DNA of 64,000 nucleotides, from contig CP070664.1 in the NCBI GenBank assembly GCA_020355325.1, forward strand, positions 2,589,189 to 2,653,188, given 5' to 3'. Below, piece after piece: positions 47,971 to 56,417 of the stretch. How positions within the stretch are numbered: the first letter of the stretch is position 1; the number at the start of each line of letters is the position of its first letter. The notes beneath the pieces are model-generated. The model did not search any database. It was not told the DNA's origin and saw only the letters and a program-made list of their open reading frames with translations. A program made the position numbers and the translations under genes. The stretch is from a candidate division WOR-3 bacterium. GTDB taxonomy: Bacteria > Hydrothermota > Tepidihabitantia > SM23-42.

Positions 47971-49029
47971 ATGAAAACGGGTATTGCGGAAATGCCTCTG
48001 CACTATGGTCGAGCACCGCGATGGCTCTTTGAAAAGATGGTCAAGCTTTCAAAAGCGATTATTGAGGTTATCGTCGTTGAGCAGGGTCAGGATGAATTCC
48101 TGCGCAGAATTTCTGACCCCTTCTGGTTTCAGGCATTTGGTTCAGTTTTAGGATTTGATTGGCACTCGTCCGGCGTGACCACAACGGTATGCGGGGCGAT
48201 GAAGGAGGGATTGAAAGATATATCTCATGACCTTGGAATTTACCTGTGTGGTGGTAAGGGCGGAACATCCCGTAAAACGCCAGCGCAGATAGAAAAAATT
48301 TCTGAAAAACTTTCGATTAATCCAGCGAAATTAATATATGCCTCAAAAATGTCGGCAAAGGTTGATAATACGTGTGTTCAGGATGGATACAATCTGTATC
48401 ACCATGTATTTGTTTTTACGAGAGATGGAAAGTGGAGCGTTATCCAGCAAGGAATGAATACAGAAAATCGTCTTGCCCGACGCTACCACTGGCTCTCACT
48501 AAGCTTGAAATCGTATGTGAATGAACCGCATACTGCAGTATGTTGCGATGTCAACACAAAGGCATTGAACATGGTTGCCGAAGAGGGTGAGGCATCACGT
48601 AATATTGTCACAACTCTTTCACGAGAGCATCCCGATAAGTTAATAAAAGAAACAAAAAAAATATTGAAAATGCCTTCACACCATCCAGTTCTTAGATTAG
48701 ACATCAATCCAAAATACTTTCACAAAATTCTCTTAAAGACCTATGAGCAAATACCAAAAAGTTTTGAGAACCTCATTGCTATTGGGGGAGTGGGACCAAA
48801 GACCGTGAGAGCATTAGTATTGATCGGTGAGTTGCTCTATGGTGCTACACCGTCATTTCGGGACCCGGCGCGATATTCATTCGCCCATGGTGGTAAGGAT
48901 GGGTTTCCCTATCCAGTACATCGAGAAACATATAATCAGTCAATCAGTTTTTTGGAGTCAGCAATTAAAAAAGCAAAAATTGGAGAAACCGATAAACTAA
49001 AAGCCTTGAAAAAACTTATTCATATCTGA
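47971..49029 (+). CDS. DUF763-family protein with helix-hairpin-helix-like motif
   Basis: 352 aa from the ATG at 47971 (MKTGIAEMPLHYGRAPRWLFEKM). IGGVGPKTVRAL looks like an HhH motif. Confidence 0.55.
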   Translation: MKTGIAEMPLHYGRAPRWLFEKMVKLSKAIIEVIVVEQGQDEFLRRISDPFWFQAFGSVLGFDWHSSGVTTTVCGAMKEGLKDISHDLGIYLCGGKGGTSRKTPAQIEKISEKLSINPAKLIYASKMSAKVDNTCVQDGYNLYHHVFVFTRDGKWSVIQQGMNTENRLARRYHWLSLSLKSYVNEPHTAVCCDVNTKALNMVAEEGEASRNIVTTLSREHPDKLIKETKKILKMPSHHPVLRLDINPKYFHKILLKTYEQIPKSFENLIAIGGVGPKTVRALVLIGELLYGATPSFRDPARYSFAHGGKDGFPYPVHRETYNQSISFLESAIKKAKIGETDKLKALKKLIHI

Positions 49030-49206
49030 TTTTCGATGTGGACTGTGAGGACGGTGTATCTCAATGAATTCGATATCTCCGACTTGACATTTGTCATTTT
49101 TATATTGGTTCCATTGGAGTGTATAAAATGTGCTGAAATGCTAAATTCTTACTCTTTGCGTAGTTTCTTTCTATGCAGGAGATGTCAAAATGTCAAGCAC
49201 CATCCA

Positions 49207-50064
49207 CTATTTTATTACTACTTCAATCTTTGAGTATTTTGGTTGTAATCCCGGGATAAATCTTGGCGCGGTTTTTATTGCCTCTTCGGGCAGTACTGTT
49301 CTTTTAGTGATTTCTGCCATTATGATCTCACCCCGTGATTTTGCCAGTGGTTCGGATTCTGCATATGAGTAGATAACGACTTCTTTTTTAAATTCTTCTT
49401 TTATTATATTTGAAATTTCATCGAGATATGATACTGCCTCAACAGATAAATAATTAGATTTTTCTTTAAAAAGAACACCGGCAGCAACCGCCACAATTTT
49501 ACTGTCCTGTTCATCATAGGTTATACCGTTGAATCTATATGAACGACCAGTAATTCTCGTTGGGTTGCCAACGGCATCAAATGCAGTAAAAACATAATTA
49601 TATACCTCCCCCATATTACATATCTCACCTTTGTCTGTTCGACCATCCCAGAATATTGAGGGCGGCGGTAGACCCCGCTCCGCGTATCTCCTGACAGTCT
49701 CACCATTGGCATCAGTAATAATGAGTTCCCATGATGAAAGCGTCTTCTCAAATCTTGGGATGAATAATGCAATATTGCCGTACATTAATCTCGTCACCAA
49801 TGGAATACGTAAATATTCACTATGTAGATACAATATTGGTGTATTTAGCTCATCGATGGTTGCGTATAGTTTTTCATCAAATATATAGCGGTCACTAAAG
49901 ATTATAGAATCCAGTGGAGTAAATAGCTTAAACTCTGGGTAAAGATATATTTTTCGGTCCTCTATCTTTAATGCTGCTTCACCCTTTATTATCTCCTCGC
50001 CGATAATGTGTTCGTCTTTTTTTGCTTCCTGTGTAAAAAGAAAGAATGCAATTAATAATTCCAT
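49207..50064 (-). CDS. FlgD-Ig-like plus degenerate OmpA-like domain protein
   Basis: 285 aa. FWDGRTDKGEICNMGEVYNYVF motif. C-terminal VVIYSYAESEPLAKSRGEII resembles an OmpA-C core. Last gene of the Exb-like operon. Confidence 0.45.
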   Translation of the reverse strand: MELLIAFFLFTQEAKKDEHIIGEEIIKGEAALKIEDRKIYLYPEFKLFTPLDSIIFSDRYIFDEKLYATIDELNTPILYLHSEYLRIPLVTRLMYGNIALFIPRFEKTLSSWELIITDANGETVRRYAERGLPPPSIFWDGRTDKGEICNMGEVYNYVFTAFDAVGNPTRITGRSYRFNGITYDEQDSKIVAVAAGVLFKEKSNYLSVEAVSYLDEISNIIKEEFKKEVVIYSYAESEPLAKSRGEIIMAEITKRTVLPEEAIKTAPRFIPGLQPKYSKIEVVIK

Positions 50065-50080
50065 AAATCCCTACTGTTTC

Positions 50081-50977
50081 TTAGCCGCATACAAACCTAA
50101 ATGTAATGATTCCCCACTGTGTTTCCTGAACAACATTAGAAGGTAATGGAGCAAATCTCCACACTTTTAGCGCTTTAATAACTTCCTGGTCTAGATCTGG
50201 GTAACCAGAAGAGACCTCAATTAAGGTACCTTCCCTAACCATACCGGACGGCTCAACCCATATTCTTATCCTTACAACTCCTGAAATTCCCTGACTCAAA
50301 CACCATGCAGGATATTTCGGTAATACCTTATTCAATATATTACGGCTGGCAATAGGTCCAGCAAGTGATATCTGAGTTTTACCCTTTTCAACCTTTAATT
50401 TTTGTTCAACCTTCTCCTCAACCTTTTTACCAATCTCGCTTGTCTTCGGTGGCGGTGGTTTCCGGTCAATCTTAATTGCTGGAACATCTGCCTTGCGACC
50501 AATGCCCCCTGAAGTCCCTACACCTCCTTCACTACCTGCACCTCTGGGTAGATTCTTGGCAAGTGATATTGGTTTTTCAGCGAGTATCTCTTCGGTGCTT
50601 TTCATTGTGCCATTATTCTTGCTACCGATCCTCACTACATCATTAATGTCATTATTGGTCATATAACGGTCCAAATTTATCTCTGCCTGGCTCCTATCGA
50701 GTTTCGCATTAAGATCTATAGTCGGCGTGACAATCTCTCCACCATATGAGGATGGTTCTGGTGCAGAATACGTCTCTTTCATTTCATTCCAGACTGATCC
50801 CTTGGGAACTACCTTGGCGACCTCGGGGCGGTATGATTGGTCAATAAGTGTTACTTCTCTTATGTCTTCGTAATTGATTAACGAGGACTTACCAGATCCG
50901 GATAGAAGAATGAAAAGGAGAATATGAACAATAATTGAAATTAATATCCCCAAATCTAAACGTTTGTCCTTAAACAT
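50081..50977 (-). CDS. TonB-family protein
   Basis: 298 aa. N-terminal TM helix, P-rich region (KPPPPKT), and a C-terminal TonB_C-like domain (YPAWCLSQGISGVVRIRIWV). Confidence 0.7.
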   Translation of the reverse strand: MFKDKRLDLGILISIIVHILLFILLSGSGKSSLINYEDIREVTLIDQSYRPEVAKVVPKGSVWNEMKETYSAPEPSSYGGEIVTPTIDLNAKLDRSQAEINLDRYMTNNDINDVVRIGSKNNGTMKSTEEILAEKPISLAKNLPRGAGSEGGVGTSGGIGRKADVPAIKIDRKPPPPKTSEIGKKVEEKVEQKLKVEKGKTQISLAGPIASRNILNKVLPKYPAWCLSQGISGVVRIRIWVEPSGMVREGTLIEVSSGYPDLDQEVIKALKVWRFAPLPSNVVQETQWGIITFRFVCG

Positions 50978-50980
50978 TAT

Positions 50981-51370
50981 TTATTCTTCGCTTTTTTTTG
51001 TGGCGCAAGCAATACGCTTTGCCCCACACTTTTTCACATTTGCAAGAATTTCAAGAACATCTCTGTGGAGAACGCCTTTATCTGCCCTGATAACAACCAA
51101 TTGGTATGGATCTTTTTCTAATTCGCTACTGACTGCACTCATTAGTTGTTCTGGCGAAATTTCAACATCATTCACTAAGAGACGACTATCTATAGTATAT
51201 GTCACAGTTATATTCTCTTCGGTTTTTGTTTCGGCGGTGTGTGCTCTGGGAACATCAACTGGTGTTTGTGTATGAGTCATTAATAATGGTGCAATTACCA
51301 TCATCATTAGTACCAACATAAGCCCTACACAGGCCATTGGTAAAATATTTATATTTTGCATTCGCTTCAT
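50981..51370 (-). CDS. ExbD/TolR-family protein
   Basis: 129 aa. Single TM helix plus a periplasmic domain. Operon context. Confidence 0.65.
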   Translation of the reverse strand: MKRMQNINILPMACVGLMLVLMMMVIAPLLMTHTQTPVDVPRAHTAETKTEENITVTYTIDSRLLVNDVEISPEQLMSAVSSELEKDPYQLVVIRADKGVLHRDVLEILANVKKCGAKRIACATKKSEE

Positions 51371-51780
51371 TTTCTGATTCTCAAAAGCGCTAATTCTCCA
51401 GCCCCATACTGTTTTGCTAAATCGAGTATATTAATGACACGTTGATACTGGACATTAGATTCGGTTGAAATTATTACTTTGCGCTCAATACTTCGCGCTA
51501 AGAGTTTAGGCAGTAGTTCATTTAATTTTTCATAGGTCACAAATTCTTCATTTAGTAGTATCCCACCATCATCAAGTAGATGAATATTCACCTTTATGTC
51601 ACTCACATCACTCGCTCCACCTTCCGCTACGCTGGGAGCATTTACAAATATTCCCGATTCAAAAAAGAGCGGTATTGAGACAATGAAACCAATAACCAAA
51701 GCCAGTGCAATATCAACAAGAGAATTTAAGATGAGACCGTCTGGCTGGCTATAAAATCTTAAACGCCTGCGTCTGCGCAT
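51367..51780 (-). CDS. ExbD/TolR-family protein
   Basis: 137 aa. LNSLVDIALALVIGF TM segment with a conserved Asp. 4-nt overlap with the next ExbD. Confidence 0.7.
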   Translation of the reverse strand: MRRRRRLRFYSQPDGLILNSLVDIALALVIGFIVSIPLFFESGIFVNAPSVAEGGASDVSDIKVNIHLLDDGGILLNEEFVTYEKLNELLPKLLARSIERKVIISTESNVQYQRVINILDLAKQYGAGELALLRIRK

Positions 51781-51781
51781 T

Positions 51782-52483
51782 TTAGAACTTCCAGGACTTA
51801 TCTTCTGGCGGTTTATATTGCGGACTGGGAGCTGGTTCGATTGATGGTGGGTTGGCTGATTTCTTTTTTAGATTGTCAAATAGAACAATAATGCGGTCGC
51901 TCACTCCATCTAGACCCATTGCCAATTCATTGCTCTTTTTTGTAAAATAGTTGTAGAAGAAAAGTGTAGGAATACCAATAAATAAACCGAACGCTGTAGT
52001 CAAAAGTGCTTCAGCAATACCACCGGAAACAACTGCTGGGCCACCAGAGCCAGTGATCGCTATATTATGAAAAGATTTCATTAATCCCATTACAGTTCCC
52101 AGCAGTCCGAGTAATGTAGCTCCATTTGCTAGGGTACCCATACCCCCTAAGTAGCGGTCAAATTTCATCTTCTCTTCAATAATAAAACTCGAAAGAATTT
52201 CAAATAGATTATCAGAACCGAGATGCCGATTCTGTAATGCAACTGCGAAAAGACCATTTAATGTATTTCCTTTTTGTTGCGCGAAAGACAGAGCAGCGTT
52301 TGGTCCTTGGCCTCTTAGTATCTGGCTAAATCTTAGATAGCCTTTGCGCGTATCAAAACCATTTCTGCTAAAATAGAGAAATCTCTCAATAATTAGTGCC
52401 AGGGCAACTATGGAGCAGACAAGAAGTATGGACATGACCAGACTTCCTTTAAAAATTTCAATAATTGATTGTCCCAAAATCAT
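51782..52483 (-). CDS. MotA/TolQ/ExbB proton-channel protein
   Basis: Start at the ATG at 52483, after GGAGG (the track ORF extends to 52528). GLLGTVMGLM and GGIAEALLTTAFG motifs. Confidence 0.8.
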   Translation of the reverse strand: MILGQSIIEIFKGSLVMSILLVCSIVALALIIERFLYFSRNGFDTRKGYLRFSQILRGQGPNAALSFAQQKGNTLNGLFAVALQNRHLGSDNLFEILSSFIIEEKMKFDRYLGGMGTLANGATLLGLLGTVMGLMKSFHNIAITGSGGPAVVSGGIAEALLTTAFGLFIGIPTLFFYNYFTKKSNELAMGLDGVSDRIIVLFDNLKKKSANPPSIEPAPSPQYKPPEDKSWKF

Positions 52484-52544
52484 TGGACCTCCTTTTTTAA
52501 ATACACTGATTTTTGCGGATAATGACACTGAATAACGCGGTGCA

Positions 52545-53837
52545 TCATTTCTCGCTCTTTAGACTGTCTGCCTTTATTGGTTCTAAAGCAGGTGTGCTTC
52601 CTTCTTCGCCCAATAATTTTTTGCAGATTTCAAGATTATGACCAGCATTTTCGATATATGGTGAATCCGGGAAAGAATCGAGAACGGCCCGAAAATTAGT
52701 GAATGCCTCTCTATATTCTTTCAAGTTATAATAAACTGTGCCGAGATTAAAATATACACCATCACGTTGTTTCCCTTTTGGGAAATAGGCTAAATAGCGT
52801 TTATACAACTCTGAGGCCTGTTCCCAATTTTCGAGATTGACCACCGATTCAGCAGCTAAGAGTAAGGCATCTGGTGCATATGAAGAATTTGGGAAATTCA
52901 CCACTACTTTTAGGAATTCATCAAATGCCATCTCATAATTTTTCTCATCAAAATACTTGTGGGCAATTTGGTACTGGCCATCAGCAGCTAGTTCACTATG
53001 CGGAAATTTTTCAACAAAGAGGCGCATCTCTTCAGTATTGTCAATTCCTTTTCGATAATAACACATTTCCATACTTTTTCGTGCGCTCGGTGCCTCCGTT
53101 GAGGTTGGGAAGAGGTCTAAAAACTTTAGGAATTCCCTGATTGCATCATCAAAACTTTGTTCGTTATAATAACTCTGGCCAAGTGCCAATTGAGCAGAAC
53201 GGGCATATTCATTAACTGGATGATTTTCGACTACCCATCTGAATAATGCGCGTGCCTTTTTATATTCCAATGCCTTAAAATAAGTATCCCCAGCACGAAA
53301 CCCAGCCTCTGCTGATTTTTCAGAGGCCGGATAGGTGCTGACGAGTTTTTCCCACGATTCAATTGCCTGGGCATAATATTCGAGATTATAGTAACACATA
53401 CCAGCATAAAAGAGTACGGGGATCGCACATCTCTCATCTGTTGGAAATGTGTTGTATATTCCTTCCAAGACATCTAACGCCTTAAGATATTCAGCCATGT
53501 TGTATTGTGTATAACCTAATCCAAGGTAGGCAGCAATGACAACCGAAGAATCATCGAGAGGTAATTGAATCATAGTATTAAAAATTTCAAATGCCTCTTT
53601 CTGTCGATCCTGATTATATATGGAATAGGCGAGCCCTAACTTTGCGTAGGGGGTAACCTCAATGCCCAAAAAGTTCTTTGTTACTTCAAGATACTTTTTC
53701 TCTGCCTCGTGGAAATTATCCTTATGATAATATGCCTCAGCGAGGAAATATATTGTTCTACCACGCCACGGGTTCTGTTTCCCGGGAAAATCTTTAATAT
53801 ATTTGCTGCCAAATGTAACGGCATGGTCGACTTGTAT
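52545..53837 (-). CDS. TPR-repeat protein, C-terminal part of a reading frame interrupted by one TAA
   Basis: The track ORF starts at a TTG (53669) in the middle of a TPR helix. The frame stays open and TPR-like for 56 more codons, up to the TAA at 53838-53840 that ends the upstream TPR ORF in the same frame. Confidence 0.55.
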   Translation of the reverse strand: MQVDHAVTFGSKYIKDFPGKQNPWRGRTIYFLAEAYYHKDNFHEAEKKYLEVTKNFLGIEVTPYAKLGLAYSIYNQDRQKEAFEIFNTMIQLPLDDSSVVIAAYLGLGYTQYNMAEYLKALDVLEGIYNTFPTDERCAIPVLFYAGMCYYNLEYYAQAIESWEKLVSTYPASEKSAEAGFRAGDTYFKALEYKKARALFRWVVENHPVNEYARSAQLALGQSYYNEQSFDDAIREFLKFLDLFPTSTEAPSARKSMEMCYYRKGIDNTEEMRLFVEKFPHSELAADGQYQIAHKYFDEKNYEMAFDEFLKVVVNFPNSSYAPDALLLAAESVVNLENWEQASELYKRYLAYFPKGKQRDGVYFNLGTVYYNLKEYREAFTNFRAVLDSFPDSPYIENAGHNLEICKKLLGEEGSTPALEPIKADSLKSEK

Positions 53838-55016
53838 TTAGTTATTTAATGAATATAGCAATATTGCTGCTGCCGGTTCACGTAGAGATGAATTTGGATA
53901 ATACTGTATGAGCGATTTAAAGGTCTCTGCAGCGTCATAATAATCTCCTCTTTGAAAGTATATCATGCCTGTAAGATATTCTCCGACACTTGATAAAGCA
54001 CCAGACGCAAACATTGTTGCTAATTGAGCAGCCGAAACCAATGCCTGCATGGTATCAGCAAAAGTCAAAAATGCATTGGTGAGTTGGAGGTTTGCATAAG
54101 AGGCAATTTGAGTATTGGGGTAGTTTGCCCTTACCCTCTGGAAAGAACTTACCGTCTTTGAACTATCACCTAAATTCATTTTGCATACACCAAGGAAATA
54201 ATTGCTATGGGCAGCGAGTAAATTATCTTGATGTCGTGTTAATGGGATTAGGTACTCTGAGGCTGCAGCATAATTAGCAGAATGTATTAATGAAGTAGCC
54301 AGGAAATAATGCGCGTAATCGATAAGCGGAGACTGTGGATACTTCAATGTAAAATCTCGGAATTTAATTTTTGCACCGTCAAAATCACCATTGAAAAAAA
54401 GTGCCTCGGCCCTTGAAAATTCAGCAAGTACAGCAATCGGTGTATTTGGTGCTTCATCGAGTATTTCTTTAAACACACCAATGGCCATGAGCGGAAAACC
54501 GAGTCGGGAAAGTGATTTTCCATAATAAAATTTTGCTTCTAATAAGTCTATACCTGCCAATTTCTCTTTCGCCTCTTCATAACTGCCCTGAAAATAATAA
54601 AGTACGCCGAGCACAAAATTTGCCCTTGCCTCCTGTCGATAGGCAGGATTTTTCAAGAGTTGTTGTAGTGCCTCTCCTGCTTCCTTAAAATTGCCTTGCA
54701 GTATATCAATTAAACCGACTGCGTAAAGACATTCTGGTTTTAAATAGGACCCCCCCTTTTTTCTGAAAATAATTTCAAAGTTTTTTTTAGCATTTTTATA
54801 ATCATTGAGGTTGAAGTAACATTCAGCAAGACGAAATCTGATTTCATCTTCAAATTCACTCCCTGAATATTTGGCAACCATTGCCTTGAAGTATTTTGCA
54901 GCATTTTGGAAATCTTCTTGGAGGAATAATTGATGAGCGATCTCATAACTAGTTATTGGTTGCTCGTAATCTATATTAAACAGGAAACTGAGCAATAGTA
55001 TCATGGGATATACCAT
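53838..55016 (-). CDS. TPR-repeat protein, N-terminal part
   Basis: 392 aa. Signal-like N-terminus and multiple YbgF-like TPRs. Same frame as 52545..53837. Confidence 0.65.
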   Translation of the reverse strand: MVYPMILLLSFLFNIDYEQPITSYEIAHQLFLQEDFQNAAKYFKAMVAKYSGSEFEDEIRFRLAECYFNLNDYKNAKKNFEIIFRKKGGSYLKPECLYAVGLIDILQGNFKEAGEALQQLLKNPAYRQEARANFVLGVLYYFQGSYEEAKEKLAGIDLLEAKFYYGKSLSRLGFPLMAIGVFKEILDEAPNTPIAVLAEFSRAEALFFNGDFDGAKIKFRDFTLKYPQSPLIDYAHYFLATSLIHSANYAAASEYLIPLTRHQDNLLAAHSNYFLGVCKMNLGDSSKTVSSFQRVRANYPNTQIASYANLQLTNAFLTFADTMQALVSAAQLATMFASGALSSVGEYLTGMIYFQRGDYYDAAETFKSLIQYYPNSSLREPAAAILLYSLNN

Positions 55017-55127
55017 AAACTCCTGTTAAATTTATTTATGTTAAGAAACAAATTGCCTGAAGGGCAAATGCTAAGCCGATGTACTACCGGTTCATTCGGC
55101 ATTTGAAATTGGTAATTTCTCATTCTT

Positions 55128-56417
55128 TTAATAATCCTGTGGCAGGAATTCTATTTCGCCTTCAGGGCCTAAAGTTACAATGCTGGTCAGAAAATCGCTG
55201 CAACTAATCGTCTCGCCAACTTCATCAATTATTACAATTTCATAATAGTATTTTCCATCGGTCACAACCCTGCCAATATCATCAAGGCCATCCCAGGTAA
55301 GTCTTAAAGGTGGGGCATCCCAACCGGAATATGTCCTTACGACTTCACCATATTGATTTTTTATCAAGAGTTGCCAGCGCTTGATATCTCGCTTTGTATT
55401 GTAGTGCACATCAAGCCATGTAACATTGTCCTTACGACCCGGGGTAGGGGAGAATTGTTTCGGTGTTGCATCAATCCAAGTTCTAAAACCTCCAAAATCG
55501 ACAAATATGCCTATCTTATGACGGTATTCTAATAGATAACTCGATGCATGGTGTAATTCTACAGAATAATCAATGCCGGCGGTGAATTTATCCTCAATTC
55601 TTTTTATACCCACCCCAATATTCAAAAAATTCTTGTCGAAGCCACCACGCAAAGTTAGGATTGGGAATACAGGCACAAATTCAATACCAACATGAGGTTC
55701 AATCGATGTATACTCAAGAACACTCTTTACTACATCAACAACAATAGTTAACCTTTCTTGATATAATTTTAATGCCACTCCGCCTCTAAATGTTACGGGG
55801 ATTTCATCGGTTCTTTCATAATGGGTAAGTTTTGGTCCTAATATATTCTGACAGACTATTCCAAGACTGAGGATGCCGCGCGGGAATAGAAATATGCCGA
55901 TATCACTACCAATCCCCAAAGCACCGTATTGCGCAACTTTACTCGTCATAAGTTTCAGATTTGTACCAAGACCAACCGGTTTCACTGGTTGAAAGGCATA
56001 AGAAAAGATAAAACAGGTCTGCGTAAAATTGAAGCTGTTGTAAGAGCCCATAAATTGGTCTCTCGAATCAATATCGCGCGAAGTGAAATAGATGGCACTC
56101 AAAGCAAATGATCCTAATTTTCTTGTCGGTAATGCATAACCCACATAACCAAGTTGACTACCATAGAGTGACAGGTATGATGCCTTCACAGTTTGTGTGA
56201 GTAATTGTGTAAGGCCTGCAGGATTGTAGTATACCGCTTCCTGGTCATCTGCGAGTCCGGTAAATGCCTTACCCAAAGCAATTGTGCGTGGACTCATACC
56301 GTAATTCAACAGAGCGCCAGGCACTCCACCTTCCTGAGCAAAACAAAAAGTTAGAAGTAAAAAGTTAAAAATAAAAATTAATGGTGCTGTATTCCTTGAA
56401 TTTTTAAGTTCTACCAT
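55128..56417 (-). CDS. PorV/UPF0164-like outer-membrane beta-barrel fused to a C-terminal FlgD-Ig-like domain
   Basis: Start at the ATG at 56417 (MVELK..). Signal peptide ..FCFAQEG. GKAFTGLADDQEAVYYNPAGL motif. C-terminal TWDGLDDIGRVVTDGKYYYEIV. Confidence 0.55.
   Translation of the reverse strand: MVELKNSRNTAPLIFIFNFLLLTFCFAQEGGVPGALLNYGMSPRTIALGKAFTGLADDQEAVYYNPAGLTQLLTQTVKASYLSLYGSQLGYVGYALPTRKLGSFALSAIYFTSRDIDSRDQFMGSYNSFNFTQTCFIFSYAFQPVKPVGLGTNLKLMTSKVAQYGALGIGSDIGIFLFPRGILSLGIVCQNILGPKLTHYERTDEIPVTFRGGVALKLYQERLTIVVDVVKSVLEYTSIEPHVGIEFVPVFPILTLRGGFDKNFLNIGVGIKRIEDKFTAGIDYSVELHHASSYLLEYRHKIGIFVDFGGFRTWIDATPKQFSPTPGRKDNVTWLDVHYNTKRDIKRWQLLIKNQYGEVVRTYSGWDAPPLRLTWDGLDDIGRVVTDGKYYYEIVIIDEVGETISCSDFLTSIVTLGPEGEIEFLPQDY

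Noticed and set aside
53838-53840. In-frame TAA as evidence of an alternative genetic code
   Set aside because: TAA terminates well-defined genes such as trxA at 385-387. TGA terminates era and TAG terminates pcm. The standard bacterial code fits the whole window.
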